Source: Utricularia gibba (lineage: Eukaryota > Plantae > Magnoliophyta). From it: 64,000 nucleotides of DNA. The notes below the pieces were generated by a model. That model was not told the origin of the DNA and did no database searches. It saw only the letters and a list, made by a program, of their open reading frames with translations. Numbering within the stretch: the first letter of the stretch is position 1; every line of letters starts with the position of its first letter. The DNA lies in assembly GCA_002189035.1 (NCBI GenBank), contig NEEC01000018.1:1302001-1366000 (forward strand), given 5' to 3'. A program made the translations under genes and the position numbers. Positions 12,695 to 24,774 of the stretch are shown piece by piece.

Positions 12695-13752
12695 TTATAA
12701 ATGTGATCATCCCGACCGACCGACCGACCCGACCCGAGACATCCATGATCGGGTAAACCGGTGTACGGGCAGTATAAAAGTCTTCCACTTTTACCAGTGA
12801 CTCCTTTGGCCAGACATTCCTCACCGGTTTGTTCGACTTGGGATTGATTGCTCATTGACGTGGAAAAAAAGGAAATTTTTGTTGGGGAGATTCTAAAAAA
12901 AGTATTAAAATAATTCCATGAAAATAACGGGGATTTGGACATGGAGGGAAAATGAAAAGTCTCCACTCTCCACCTACCATTAAACAGGTGTTAAAGCTCT
13001 ATTTTTTCAAAATCATTTTTTTAATATTTTTTTAAAAAATATAATTAAAAATTATTAAATCCGATTCAACGAAATTTCATAGCTAACCCAGATCCAATGT
13101 ATAAGATATGTGCAATGTGGGGGAGATAGGGGTTCTTATCCGGTATTCACAGGTGTATATTAATGGTGTGGATAGCCCATAGGGTAAGCCCTGGGTCCCA
13201 GTAGACACACCCCACATGAAATCTTACCTAGGGAGACCCACAAATAAGGGGCCCCACCCCAAGAATCTAAGTCTTCAATAGTAAATATTAGATTTATTTT
13301 GTTAATTAATATATGTATATTCTTATTATATCTATATATCATTTACATATTCATTTTTTAAGTATGTATATGGTATATATAAATTAAAGAGGAGACTAAT
13401 TATATTTACACTATTACATATTTTTTCATTTGTATCACTTTAAAAATTATTTTTTTTTCTCATTAAATATCAAATACTTCTCTCGACTATTATATATCAT
13501 ACCTCTATTTTCAGATACTAAAAACATAATTTATTATATACGTTATAATTAATTATATTAAAACTATACTAATATGAAACCAACTCTTTATATAAATAGC
13601 CGCGAGTTTCCACACTCTCAAATGAATTACACTCTTTCTCTCTCTTTCAAAACAAAAAAAAGAAAAAGAAGAGGCGTCTGCTTTTGGAATTTTCCGTCTT
13701 CTGTTGTGAGAAAAAATCTGAGAGAGTTGTGGCTTGAGTTTACGTGGTGAGG

Positions 13753-15050
13753 ATGAAGAGTAGCTGGCAGCGATTGGTTGAGGTGGAGAAGATTTTGAAC
13801 GGTGACGATGGTTTCTGGGGGTTGAACGAGGATCATGTTGCTGTGGGTTTGATGGAATCGGGCCACACATTTTTTTGCGACGAACTTCAGGCGGTTTTGA
13901 ATTCTGGGAGCGTTTCGCAATCCCACTCTGAGTCTTCTTATTCGATTCAGAGAACGTTGAGCTCCCCGCCGGCCGGAGATGTCGCCGGAGTCGGTGGTAG
14001 TCAGAGGAAGAGAGCGGGAAAGAGTTTTAAGGTGGGTTTATCATTAGAACGCTCAACGAAGAGCTTTTATGTTCATTTACCTTATTCGCGACGTTGGGTT
14101 TCTTCAGGGAGGGGCGGATGTGAAACCGGAGAAGAAAAAGATGAAAGTCTGCGAAGACGAAGAATCCAGATTCTCCGAGCAAAACAGTAACAGCAACAGC
14201 AAAAGCACCATCACGGCCGCCGACAGCTCCCGGAAACACCCCGCGGCGAGTGGATCCGACAGCAACTACATCCACGTCAGGGCCCGCCGTGGGCAGGCTA
14301 CCGACAGCCATAGCTTGGCCGAGAGAGTAGGCAACCGCACCCTTCTATTTTTTTCACACGTTCTAAAATGGATCGAGTCTGATAATGAAAGGATCCAGGC
14401 GAGAAGGGAGAAGATCAGCGAAAGGATGAAGTATTTACAAGACTTAGTTCCCGGCTGCAGCAAGGTAACGGGAAAAGCAGCAATGCTGGACGAAATCATC
14501 AACTACGTGCAGTCCCTTCAACGAGAAGTAGAGGTGAAAAAGAATTACCCCAGAATGTCTCTATTCACCAGATTTCACGACTGCAACTTAAAGTTTCACC
14601 TTTTTCACCACCACCCCAGTTGCTATCCATGAAGCTCGCTGCTGTGTCTCCAAGGCTCGACCACGACATTGAAACAAATCTGCCTCAAGAGGTAATAATA
14701 ACCGTGCTTTACAACACAAAACTCAGACAAAATCTCGCTGAACACTTCAACAGATCTACCGCTCAATTCTTCCATCGGCGGACCATTTTCTTCTGCACAG
14801 CGGGATCAGCAGCGCTCCCTTAGCGCTTCCAACCACCTTCTCCGATTCCCGAGTTCAGCAGTTTTCATGGGAGAATCATATTCGAGATCCCTTTGCTTCC
14901 TCGTTCATTCCTCGATCCTTCACAGGTGAGTCAAGTTTCGCCCCAGAAAAGAAACGCATCCGACACGCACTTTCTGACGTTCTCCGATTATCCTGCGTGT
15001 GCGCAGGTGGATTCAGGGGAGTGGGGAACGTGAAGACAGAGATGCTGTAG
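13753..15050 (+). CDS. bHLH transcription factor, subfamily XII (CIB/BEE/BPE type), multi-exon
   Basis: Contains [21 protein letters not shown]|[45 protein letters not shown]|LLSMKLAAV. The last exon reads [14 protein letters not shown] with TAG at 15048-15050. The ATG at 13753 is inferred (13852 is an alternative). Confidence 0.92.
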
Positions 15051-15309
15051 CTGTGGATTCAACGTATTGTCTTGTGATTTGCTGGATGCATGTAACAGAA
15101 CACATGAAGCTCGATTGAGAAAACTTGGCACTTATTTTCTGCCTCTCCTACGGGGAGTGAAATAACTCAGAAAAAAATTGACCAAGTTAGGCTAATTATA
15201 ATTATTTGAGTTTATTGTACTTGATAAATTCATTTAAAAATGAAATTTCATAAATAAATAATGGGAGTTTTAAAAGGCATTTTATTGTATTTGATGATAA
15301 TGTATATAT

Positions 15310-15570
15310 TGGTATGTTGGTTTAACAATAAACGAGTGTTTTACAAAACTACTTTAAAATACTTCGAATTAAGTATTTTAAAAATTAAAGATGGGTTTTG
15401 ATGAACAACTCAATTTATAAAATATTTATTTTAAACATATTTAAAAAACATAATATTAATTTAAATACATATATTCAGAACTTATATATTTAAATAAATA
15501 AATATGTAAATATTTAAATATAAATAACTCAAATATATTATTAGTTATACTGTAATACCCAACACAGCGA
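15310..15570. mobile_element. Second copy of the AT-rich MITE-like repeat at about 12.1-12.3 kb
   Basis: Shares TTTAACAATAA(A)CGA.TGTTTTACAAAAC and AAATA..AATAACTCAAATA with 12097-12297. Confidence 0.4.
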
Positions 15571-16137
15571 AATAGATTTAAGAACTGATCTAATTAATGA
15601 ATTCTATGATTTTTATTCAAATTCTCGTTTTAAAAATTATTAATAATATGTGAATTTAATATTATAGTAATTTCTTTTTAATAAAAAAATGATAAACCCT
15701 TCCATTCAATGATTGCGAAGCAGCGTTGCTAATACTAAATGGGCCTTCGGTTTTAATTGCATGATGAACTGGGCCCAGTGGTCCAATTTAATTGCAATTT
15801 GAATTCCTCCTGCTTTGACGTGTAAACCAGCTGTTTTCGTCTGTTTATTTTTATTTTTATTTTTAGTAAATAATGCATGTTTAAAAATTAAATTTTTTAA
15901 TTAAAAAAATTGCTCATTAGCGATCAGCTTTGAAGGCTGCGAGGTTATGATGAGCCACATGCATTGAAATTTGAAGGGAAACCTCGTTTTGTTTGTATTG
16001 TTTGTCTCTCCTCTTCCCTGGAAATGGGAATCCTTCCCCATGCGTAACCCAGCAATCTCTGGTAAGCCCACGTCGACGAAGATTCGCATTGTGTTTATGA
16101 GCTTTTGCTTCTAAGGTTGATGATCGGATAAGAAAAC

Positions 16138-18928
16138 ATGGTGGAGTCTAATATGCCGGAGCCGAGTGAACCCACCTTGACGCCAGGTATGGCGATGTTT
16201 TTTTACCCTTTTTTTGGTGAAGGGATTTATTTCATGGATGATGGGTTTTCGTTGATGTGAATAAATGGGTGGGATTTTGTGATGAAAGGTTTGGAGAAAA
16301 TCGATTTGGGGAACGCTGAGGATGAGAGGAAAACGAAGCTTGGTTCTCTGAAGAAGAAGGCGATCAATGCCTCCAACAAGTTCAGGAGTTCCCTGAGCAA
16401 ACATCGCCGGAGGAACAGCAGAGTAATGTCGGTTGTTCTGGTGGAGGATGAGCATGATGCCGAGGAGTTGCAGGCCGTGGATGCCTTCCGGCAGGCGCTG
16501 GTCCTGGAAGAACTGCTTCCTGCAAAGCATGATGATTATCATATGCTTCTGAGGTGAAATACCGGCTTTCATTGATCGTATTATTCAAACCATTCATTCC
16601 AAGAATGTGTATACGCAGGTTCTTGAAGGCAAGGAAGTTTGACATTGAGAAATCCAAGCAAATGTGGTCTGATATGCTTCAATGGAGGAAAGAGTTCGGT
16701 GCAGACACCATAGCCGAGGTACTGTATCGGATCCGAAGAAAGTATTCCTTTGCAAGGAGATGATAGGAATGTTACTGAGGCCTGATGCTTTGAACAGGAC
16801 TTCGACTTCAAGGAGAAGGAAGAGGTGCTCAAGTACTATCCACAAGGGCATCATGGCGTTGACAAGGTTGGAAGGCCTGTTTACATTGAACAGCTTGGAC
16901 TCGTCGATTCCGTGAAGCTCCTGCAAGTTACAACAATGGATCGATACCTCAACTACCACGTGCAAGAGTTCGAGAGGACGTTTGCTGATAAGCTACCAGC
17001 CTGTTCAATTGCAGCAAAGAAGCACATTGATCAGAGCACTACCATTTTGGATGTTCAAGGAGTTGTAAGTTGGGATAAAGTGAAAGTTCTTAGTCATTTG
17101 GGGTGAGATGCTGATAGAAATGACTTATTTTGGAATGCAGGGGCTGAAGAGTTTCAACAAATCTGCAAGAGAACTCATTCAGCGACTTCAGAAAATTGAT
17201 GGAGATAACTACCCTGAGGTATCTTATAATTCTCTTATGCTTTTCTGGTTCTTGTGCGAACACTTTGCTTCCATTTTTCAAGCTGGTGCCTTTTTCTGTT
17301 TCTCCTTCAGTCGCTTTTCCAAATGTACATCATCAATGCGGGCTCTGGGTTTAGGCTCTTGTGGAACACAGTGAAATCATTCCTGGACCCGAAAACCACT
17401 GCAAAGATAAATGTAAACCTTCTGAGTTCACTCAAAGTTAAAGCTTTTGAAGCTTCAAACATAGGTAAAGATCAACAAACCCTGTTACCTTTTCATCAGG
17501 TTTTGAGTAACAAATACCAAAGTAAGCTGCTAGAGGTTATTGATGCAAGGTACTGCTCTTCTTTTTTTCTGGCATTTGGGGAAAAAAATTAATCAGTTAG
17601 CATGCAATCAGCCTGTTCCATCTTGATAGTTCTATAAAGAAATATGCTACCTTCTTCTTCCACTTGATCCCATTCACAGTGAGCTCCCGGAGTTCTTAGG
17701 CGGAACATGTACCTGCAAAGACAAAGGTGGCTGCATGGTTTCCGACAAGGGACCGTGGAACGACCCCGAAATCATGAAGGTAAACAAACAAGACTCTGTC
17801 CTGACCAGAGCAATGCACATTCCTTAGGTACCCTGTTCTGATGCACCTTGATTGATTTTCTTCAAGATGGTTCGAAGTGGAATGCACAAATGCTCCACCA
17901 GAGGCTCCATGCCTGAGGAAAAGATGATTTCCGAAGACGAAAATGCTGCCCCAAAGGTAAGTAAAATCCACCGCTACTCTTTTTCTGATCAGACCTTTTG
18001 GCAGCTCTTTATCAGAACTTCGAGCTATTTTTGTACGATTGCAGATCGTGAAGAAGAACATCTCCTTCAATCCAATGAACGAGAACAGAGACTGCACACT
18101 GCATTCCCAGCTCTCCGCAGTGCAGGAAGAAGTAAGATGCAAATACTATTCTATTGATGAAACATAATATGCAAGTGACAAATGGAAACTTCCAGGTGAG
18201 GGACAACCATGATGAGTACGGGCGATTTGTTGAAAATACCGTCGCCGGAAACTGGGTCAAAGCAGCTCAGGCAGCGAAGCGAGACGATCTTTTCATTTCT
18301 ACAGGTGAAAAAGATCATCACAAAAAAATCGCCCTTGCTTTTTCTTTTTTCACCCACATTGTGCACTTTCCGGCCACCACAGATCTATACTCCGCCAACG
18401 ACAAGAAAGCGATGGATGGTTTAAGCAACCATCTCCTCACCGGAGTTCTCACATTTGTGATGGGTGTTGTGACAATGGTGAGGATGACACGAAATATGCC
18501 CAAAAAACTGACGGATTCAACTCTCTATTCCACTTCAATCAACAGCGGGGATTACATGGTTAAATCTCGCCCTCACCACGGGTACGAATCGCTTGATCCC
18601 TGGATTTCTAGGGCGGATTACCTGATCATGGTGAAGCGTATGAACGAACTAGAGGAGAAAACAGGGGTTCTCTGCAGTCAGCCTGTTGCAATGCCTCCAG
18701 ATCAAGAGGAGTTGCTGAAGAACGCTCTTGATCGCGTTGATAACTTGGAGCAAGAGCTCTCTGAGGCCAAAAAGGTTTCAACTTCTTCACACCCATCTTC
18801 AGATTCATTCCATTTTCCTCACAAGAGAAACTTGTCCACAGGCGCTAGAGCAAGCACTATCCCAGCAAGAGGAGCTGCTGGCCTACATCGAGAAGAAGAA
18901 GAAAAAGAAAAAGTTCTTCGCTTTCTAA
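16138..18928 (+). CDS. Sec14-nodulin phosphatidylinositol/phosphatidylcholine transfer protein (SFH family)
   Basis: Exons give [26 protein letters not shown]|[78 protein letters not shown], and a nodulin tail [28 protein letters not shown] with TAA at 18926-18928. The frame is continuous across the junctions checked. Confidence 0.95.
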
Positions 18929-20232
18929 GATGGCAGCAGAGCTTCTCGTCTCCAGATAGCAGACACAGAAATGCTGATCAGGAGACGAGTGTGCAGACAA
19001 ACCGTCTTTTCTGTCTTCGTCCATGGCAATTGGCACTCAAAAATCCACCGTCTCTTCTACCTCAGGGCAAGGGCCCATTAAAATCCAAATCTGGGCACAT
19101 TCCGGCCCAATAAGCCCTACTTCCGATTTTTCCTTTTTTTTTTTATATGATATGGAAATGGGGTTGACACTGATTATATTAAAAAATCTTTAAATAATAA
19201 AATATTACTTAAAAATATTATCCAATTCACACATGAATGTGGATTGATTACAAAATTTAGAATATACTTTCAAGTTAAATTCATTTTTTAAAACATTAAT
19301 AAATCGTGGAAATTGTTTATTTAATTTCATTTACTAAAATATCCCTCGCGGTCACGAAAAACGTAAAGGGGGTTTTTGGTCGGACACCCCCAAATCGCGG
19401 CTCTTTTTTCTCCCGACGGACCGGACCAGTCGATCTCTACAGTGAGATTACAACTATACCCCTTTCCCGCGTGCAATTACCTAATTGTCCTTGGTCTCTC
19501 TATATCATTGTCCAATAATTTCGGTACGTGGGGGGCCACTTCAGACAATCGCGTCATAATGATTCTGTGTCTATGGAGCTCGTGGGCCGCTGCACTGTGC
19601 AGGGCGTCGTTTAGCGCTATGTGATCCGCACATTATTCCCTTCCCTTCTTTACATTGAAAAAGAAAACAACAAACGCTTGTGTTTTTAAATGAATGTGAA
19701 TGGCGTGAAGAAATCCCGGGTGGGCGAAGCAAGCAAATACTGTAAAGGGAACCCCAGATGTCTTGAGTTGAGCAGGAAGTTTCTAGATCAACAAAAACTG
19801 TTCCCTTAAGACAAAAGTGTCTATGTCCTGAGTGAAATCACAGCGAAACTACCCACAAAAGACTGAGTGAAGGTTTGGTATAGGAAATGGACAGGGGTAT
19901 CGGGAGAGTGTCTGTGTGTCTGTGTGCTTAAGAATTTGATTTACAGGATAAATGATCTGCTGCTCTTCCTTTAGCTTTATGTTGCTTTTTCATTACCTGG
20001 TGCTCTATAAATCAACCCCTTTGAGGCTCTATGTTACTTCCCCTTCCTTCCTTGCTCTCTCTCTCTCTCTATCTCTCTCTTTCTTTCTGGTTTCCTTTTA
20101 TCTTCAGTGTTGTCGCTGGTGTGTGTTTTTCTGTGTCTTGTGTGTTAATCAGTCAGAATCTGGTGCTTGCACAGGGATTTTTGTGTGTGTTTCAAATGCT
20201 ACAGCTACTGCTGGCTTTCATCTTTCAGCTTC

Positions 20233-20358
20233 ATGTCTGCTCTTCTGATTGAGCTTTTCCTTTCCCGGTTTATGATCATTTCCACTCAGTGGCGCCGTAC
20301 ACGTTTACTCCAATCCTTCTCCGTTGCGTTTCTCTACTGGTTTTACTACATCTCGTGA
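20233..20358 (+). CDS. Conserved-peptide uORF (sucrose-control/SIRT peptide) of an S1 bZIP
   Basis: ATG 20233 to TGA 20358 encodes MSALLIELFLSRFMIISTQWRRTRLLQSFSVAFLYWFYYIS (41 aa), with the hallmark QSFSV.FLYW.Y..S end. It stops 92 nt upstream of the bZIP ATG. Confidence 0.93.
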   Translation: MSALLIELFLSRFMIISTQWRRTRLLQSFSVAFLYWFYYIS

Positions 20359-20450
20359 TCCTTCTTCCTGCTTAAGATAGATATATTACTAAAATAAGAA
20401 GAATTAAAGGTGAGAAAATAAAGAGATCTATAAGCGTTTCTTGGTTTGCG

Positions 20451-20849
20451 ATGGATTCTTCAAGTGGGGTATCGTCGAATTCGCCGGGAGTTCAAGCGTC
20501 GTCGCCGGAGGAGGATCTGCGGGTGGTGATGGAGGAGAGGAAGAGAAAGAGGATGATCTCGAACAGGGACTCGGCGCGGCGGAGCCGGCTCAGGAAGCAG
20601 CAGCATCTCGACGAGCTGACACGTGAAGCGACACGGCTCAGAAAAGAGAATCACGACTTCATCACCAGCCTCAACGCCGTTACTCATTACTACATCAATA
20701 TGGAGTCGGAGAACGCGGTTCTGAGAGCCCAGGCGTCGGAGCTCACCCAATGGCTACACTCGCTACACGAAATGATCGCCTTCAGCGGCGGCTCCGGCGG
20801 CGGTGCCGACGACGATTTCTTGCTTTTAGAGCCTGTTTATGGAATTTGA
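20451..20849 (+). CDS. S1-group bZIP transcription factor (bZIP11/2/44-like), intronless
   Basis: MDSSSG..EERKRKRMISNRDSARRSRLRKQQHLDEL..MESENAVLRAQASEL matches the group-S basic region and zipper; the upstream SIRT uORF is diagnostic of S1. Confidence 0.94.
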   Translation: MDSSSGVSSNSPGVQASSPEEDLRVVMEERKRKRMISNRDSARRSRLRKQQHLDELTREATRLRKENHDFITSLNAVTHYYINMESENAVLRAQASELTQWLHSLHEMIAFSGGSGGGADDDFLLLEPVYGI

Positions 20850-21682
20850 CGAGATGAATAAAAATTGCTGGGGCAGTAAAAGTAATCCTTCGCCCCTGCT
20901 GTGTTTCCTCCCACCTTATGAAGTACTTGAAACCGCACTACGATTTGTCGTCATCATTCATGTCGCCCACCTTAAAATAACCGCCATTAATGGCGGTTCA
21001 GAAGCTCCATCTCCAACACAATACACACCCACCTTAACTGCCCTCTGGCTCCATGCTCTGAGACACTGAAACATGGAGGGCGGAGGAGGGTGGAGATCCT
21101 CTTCCGACATGCTCCGAGGTTGCATTGTCCGCGCTCTGAGAGACCAGACACTCCCTGAGAGCTCCTTCTTCTTACACTCCACCGATGAAGGGGATTGTCC
21201 GGCGATCAGACAGACAATCCCTAGTTGCTAATCTTGCAGAACGCCAGCCATTGGAGTTGTGCGTGCAGTCTTTTTTACACTTTATGCCAATGAACACAGG
21301 CCATAGCTTTGACTCAATCTTCACTTTAATAAGGAGGATCCATGAACCTTGGTGATTGGGATCCGTACACCCATGTTATGTTCTACTCTACACCCATATC
21401 AATTTTTCATCCAAAAGAAAAAGGCAGAATTCAAGAGAAGTTTTTTTTTTGTATCAATTTTCAATGAATTTTCTAGAATTATAATTAATTTGAAGTTAAG
21501 GGACTTCTTTTATTCTTTCAGTAAGTGATTCTGTGGGGAGCACCCATTTGATTGGTGGATGGATGGCAAGTAGCAACAAAGCTTGGGAATCCTCCTCAAA
21601 TACATACAATTTCTTAAAAAAGAACTAATGTTGATTATTATGTTTCATCTTTTAAATATTTTTTATATATATATCTTCTTTA

Positions 21683-21971
21683 AAGGCAACTCCATCTCTT
21701 AAAATGTCATCAACTGTGAAGAGGGGGGTTTTTTAATAAATTTATTAGATAAAGTAGAGCATTGACGTCTAAAAAATGATTTGGTAGAGTATATTTTTAA
21801 TAAATTTGTTAGATAAAGTGGTGAAATATTTTAATATTAATATTTGGTGAACAAATGATGATTTTTGAAGATAAAGTGGTTAAATATTTAATGTATAAGC
21901 AAATAAGAGATAAATATGATGTGGAGATGAAAGAGAAATGGTAAAATAGTGGAAATTGATGTGGTTGTCCT
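21683..21971. mobile_element. Candidate PIF/Harbinger-type MITE with internal short repeats
   Basis: AGGCAACTCCATC (about 21683) versus GATGTGGTTGTCCT (21958-21971) is an imperfect TIR with TAA flanks. AGATAAAGTRG recurs three times internally. Confidence 0.35.
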
Positions 21972-22197
21972 AAAAAACGCATTAAAATGTAATTGAATCA
22001 TAATTAAATTTGATTTGATCGTGATTTTTTTACTTTATGAATATTCAAATTTAATTCAATTTATATTATTGATGATTCGTAATTTAAAATAATTTAATCG
22101 TAATTCAACACGAGCGGGAAAAAAATGATTTCATCATATGAAGGGCAAATTCGAAATTAGCAAGCGTGATGCATTCCACCATCGTTGCGGGGGCAAT

Positions 22198-22644
22198 TCA
22201 GTCTTTTGACGCTGAAGTTTGAGACTGAAACACGTGTCGAATCTGAGAGCCGTTGGTAAAGACAGAAAGAAGGCAACAGACAGAACCGCTCAAAGCCGAG
22301 TTGCCCGCTGAACTAATTGCGAAGACGTAACTGAGAGAAATGGGAAACGCGACGCAGTTGGAGCACTCGGGACGCAAAGAATTTGCATCCAACCCCAGGA
22401 GAAAGCCCTGTAGGTGGTGGAAGAAAGATGGGTTGGAATTCTCCAGATCTGTCTGTTGGAGGCTTCTCCAAAACTTTGCTGAAATTACAGTGATGTGGAT
22501 GTGGTGAATAAAGCGGGAGATGCAGAATCTGATTGAAACCGCAACTTTGGAAACAGGGTGGCGCTTCTCTTTAGTCTCCAATAGGGCATGCGCCTCTGTT
22601 TCAGGTATTCTTTTTGGCGTCATGCCTCTGCGAGTGAGCCCCAT
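22198..22644 (-). CDS. Unidentified intronless 148-aa ORF
   Basis: True ATG at 22644, stop at 22198-22200. The ORF lies in a GC-richer island within very AT-rich DNA and has no opposing gene. No family recognised. Confidence 0.45.
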   Translation of the reverse strand: MGLTRRGMTPKRIPETEAHALLETKEKRHPVSKVAVSIRFCISRFIHHIHITVISAKFWRSLQQTDLENSNPSFFHHLQGFLLGLDANSLRPECSNCVAFPISLSYVFAISSAGNSALSGSVCCLLSVFTNGSQIRHVFQSQTSASKD

Positions 22645-23091
22645 GTGGGTGGAGTGGACGCCTCTCCTTTTTCCTCAACCTTTTGGAGGTAGTAAGTAAT
22701 AAAGCTACTCTCAATGGAGAGTTAAAAGTTTGGTTGATACAATTCCAGTTTCAGTAAAATCATTTTTAGAATTGATTTTCAAATAAAACACACTTTGCTT
22801 CCACTTCACATGGAATTGAAAGAATGAAATGCTTTAATTTTTTGAGAAACTGATGCTTATAAAATCACATTTTTTGAGTTGTTTTTTACATGGCACCCCT
22901 TGTGCTCTACTTCTCTGTTCGTTCTTAGAAACTGGTGTGGAGCTAAGTGCTTTTACTGCGTGCAAATCGGTGTTTATTATCATTGTAAGCTTCTGGTAAC
23001 GGGGGAGTTCTTACACTGAAACGGGAAGTAAAAGAAGCATCATCATTCGACAGGACATGAAGAAGAACTGATACATGGGAAATCTTGAGGT

Positions 23092-24774
23092 TCAGACATA
23101 GGTGTCGATGAGAGATTTTCTCATCTCCTCGACTAAAGAAGTGGGGTGAGCGCCGCCACGCAATTTGAACACATTCTCGATGACGGACAGCTCTGTGGCT
23201 GTGGTGTCGGATCCGCAGAAGGCTGTCCAGTCATTGACCACCATGCCGGCGGCGATCACTTCGCTGCCACGGTTCACTGTGCCGGCCACCAGGGGGACTT
23301 GGAGGAGCGTTGAGAGCTCATCCAAGTCTTCTATGGATGTATGGGGGTGCACCTGCTCCACCAAGAAGTTGAATAAGCATAAGAAAATGATGGAAGGAAG
23401 CATCGTGGTGATGGTGTCGAGGATCTCACCAAGCCACCTAGATTGGAAAATGCACAGTAGCTCCCGACAAGTATATTGCCGGCAATGGTCTGCTTAAACA
23501 CTTCGACGCCAAGAACATCAGAGATCATTTCTTCCGTGTCCTATGGAAAAACAACCGAATGTCGGAAAAAGCACAAACATTTCTCATGTCTTTCCCAAAT
23601 GCTTACCGAGTCAAGATCAGGATGTGTAAGAGCAACATGATCGTTACATGCAATACAGTTTCCCAGTGCAGATAATCTCTCCTCGACACGCTGCACGACA
23701 ATGTTATCTGGTAGGGCGTTCCTCAAGTGCTGAAGCTCTACAATAAAAACAAGGCGACATCAATAGATAGCGAGAAATGAACAAAGAAACTGCACTACGT
23801 TGAAAATTAAATACAAAACTGTTCCACGATCAGCTAATTGAAACTATGAGGTAAACAAAATTCGCGACCATATGAGGAAATAAGGGACTCAGAAAGCAGT
23901 ATCCCCTAAGCATCGTACAAAAAAACTTGGAGTCTCATTCATACAAGATAACAGCTGGTCTGATTCAGCTATATAATCCAAAATTGAAAAACAAGATACA
24001 TCAATATGGAAATAGAGAATTAGTCAGACTTGATGCATAAACACCATGTATGTTGGATTAAACTAATTCTGAACAAAAGCTACTCAGATATTCTTCAGGA
24101 ACATTAAACCTGGGAGAATTACAAAGTGAATTAAAAAAATGAAAACCAAGTTAATGCAAGGAATCTACGCGTCTAAAATCCATTCTTCCCGAGATACTTA
24201 TCTACAGCAACTTAGAAAGCTCTAAATTATGAATAATTGTGCATACATACAACCAAGTTTGTGTGAAAGTAGATACCTTGATCAGTAGTCGTGTGTGGTA
24301 GCAACAATCCATTTTTATTTCCTGCAATAAAATAAAAAATACTTATTAAAGAAAACACGATGACCAGCACAGGAAAAAAAAAGGACTTTAAAACTCCAAA
24401 AAAAAAAAAAGATCACCAGCACACATGCGACCAATGATTCTTGTGCCCGCGATCGAGGTCTTCACCACCGGAATCACATCAGCCAACTCAGCTTCAAACG
24501 TGCTGCCACGGAAACAGATTCGTACCAAACATTAAACCCTAACTACAGACACTTGTTCAAATAAAACATCATGCCGCACCGGCACCTCAGACCTGTAAAA
24601 ATTCTCTGAACCCCCAATTGCAACCAGACAATAAGCATTTGTGAGCTTCGAAAACACCCCAATGTCACAATTATTCTCGTACTGGAGCCCTGGTGAAAAC
24701 GACGAATATCTGTCACATACTGCACCAATAAGTAGAAGAGAAACAAATTCGTCAAAACTCTTACTCGTGGCCAT
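23092..24774 (-). CDS. EIF6: Eukaryotic translation initiation factor 6, 7 coding exons
   Basis: MAT(R)|[32 protein letters not shown]|..[15 protein letters not shown]|[11 protein letters not shown]..|[45 protein letters not shown]-stop, near-identical to plant eIF6. Confidence 0.97.

Noticed and set aside
17254-18260. Many overlapping 60-150 aa ORFs within the Sec14 locus, and similar ones in other genes
   Set aside because: They are intron read-through or antisense shadows of the real multi-exon genes.
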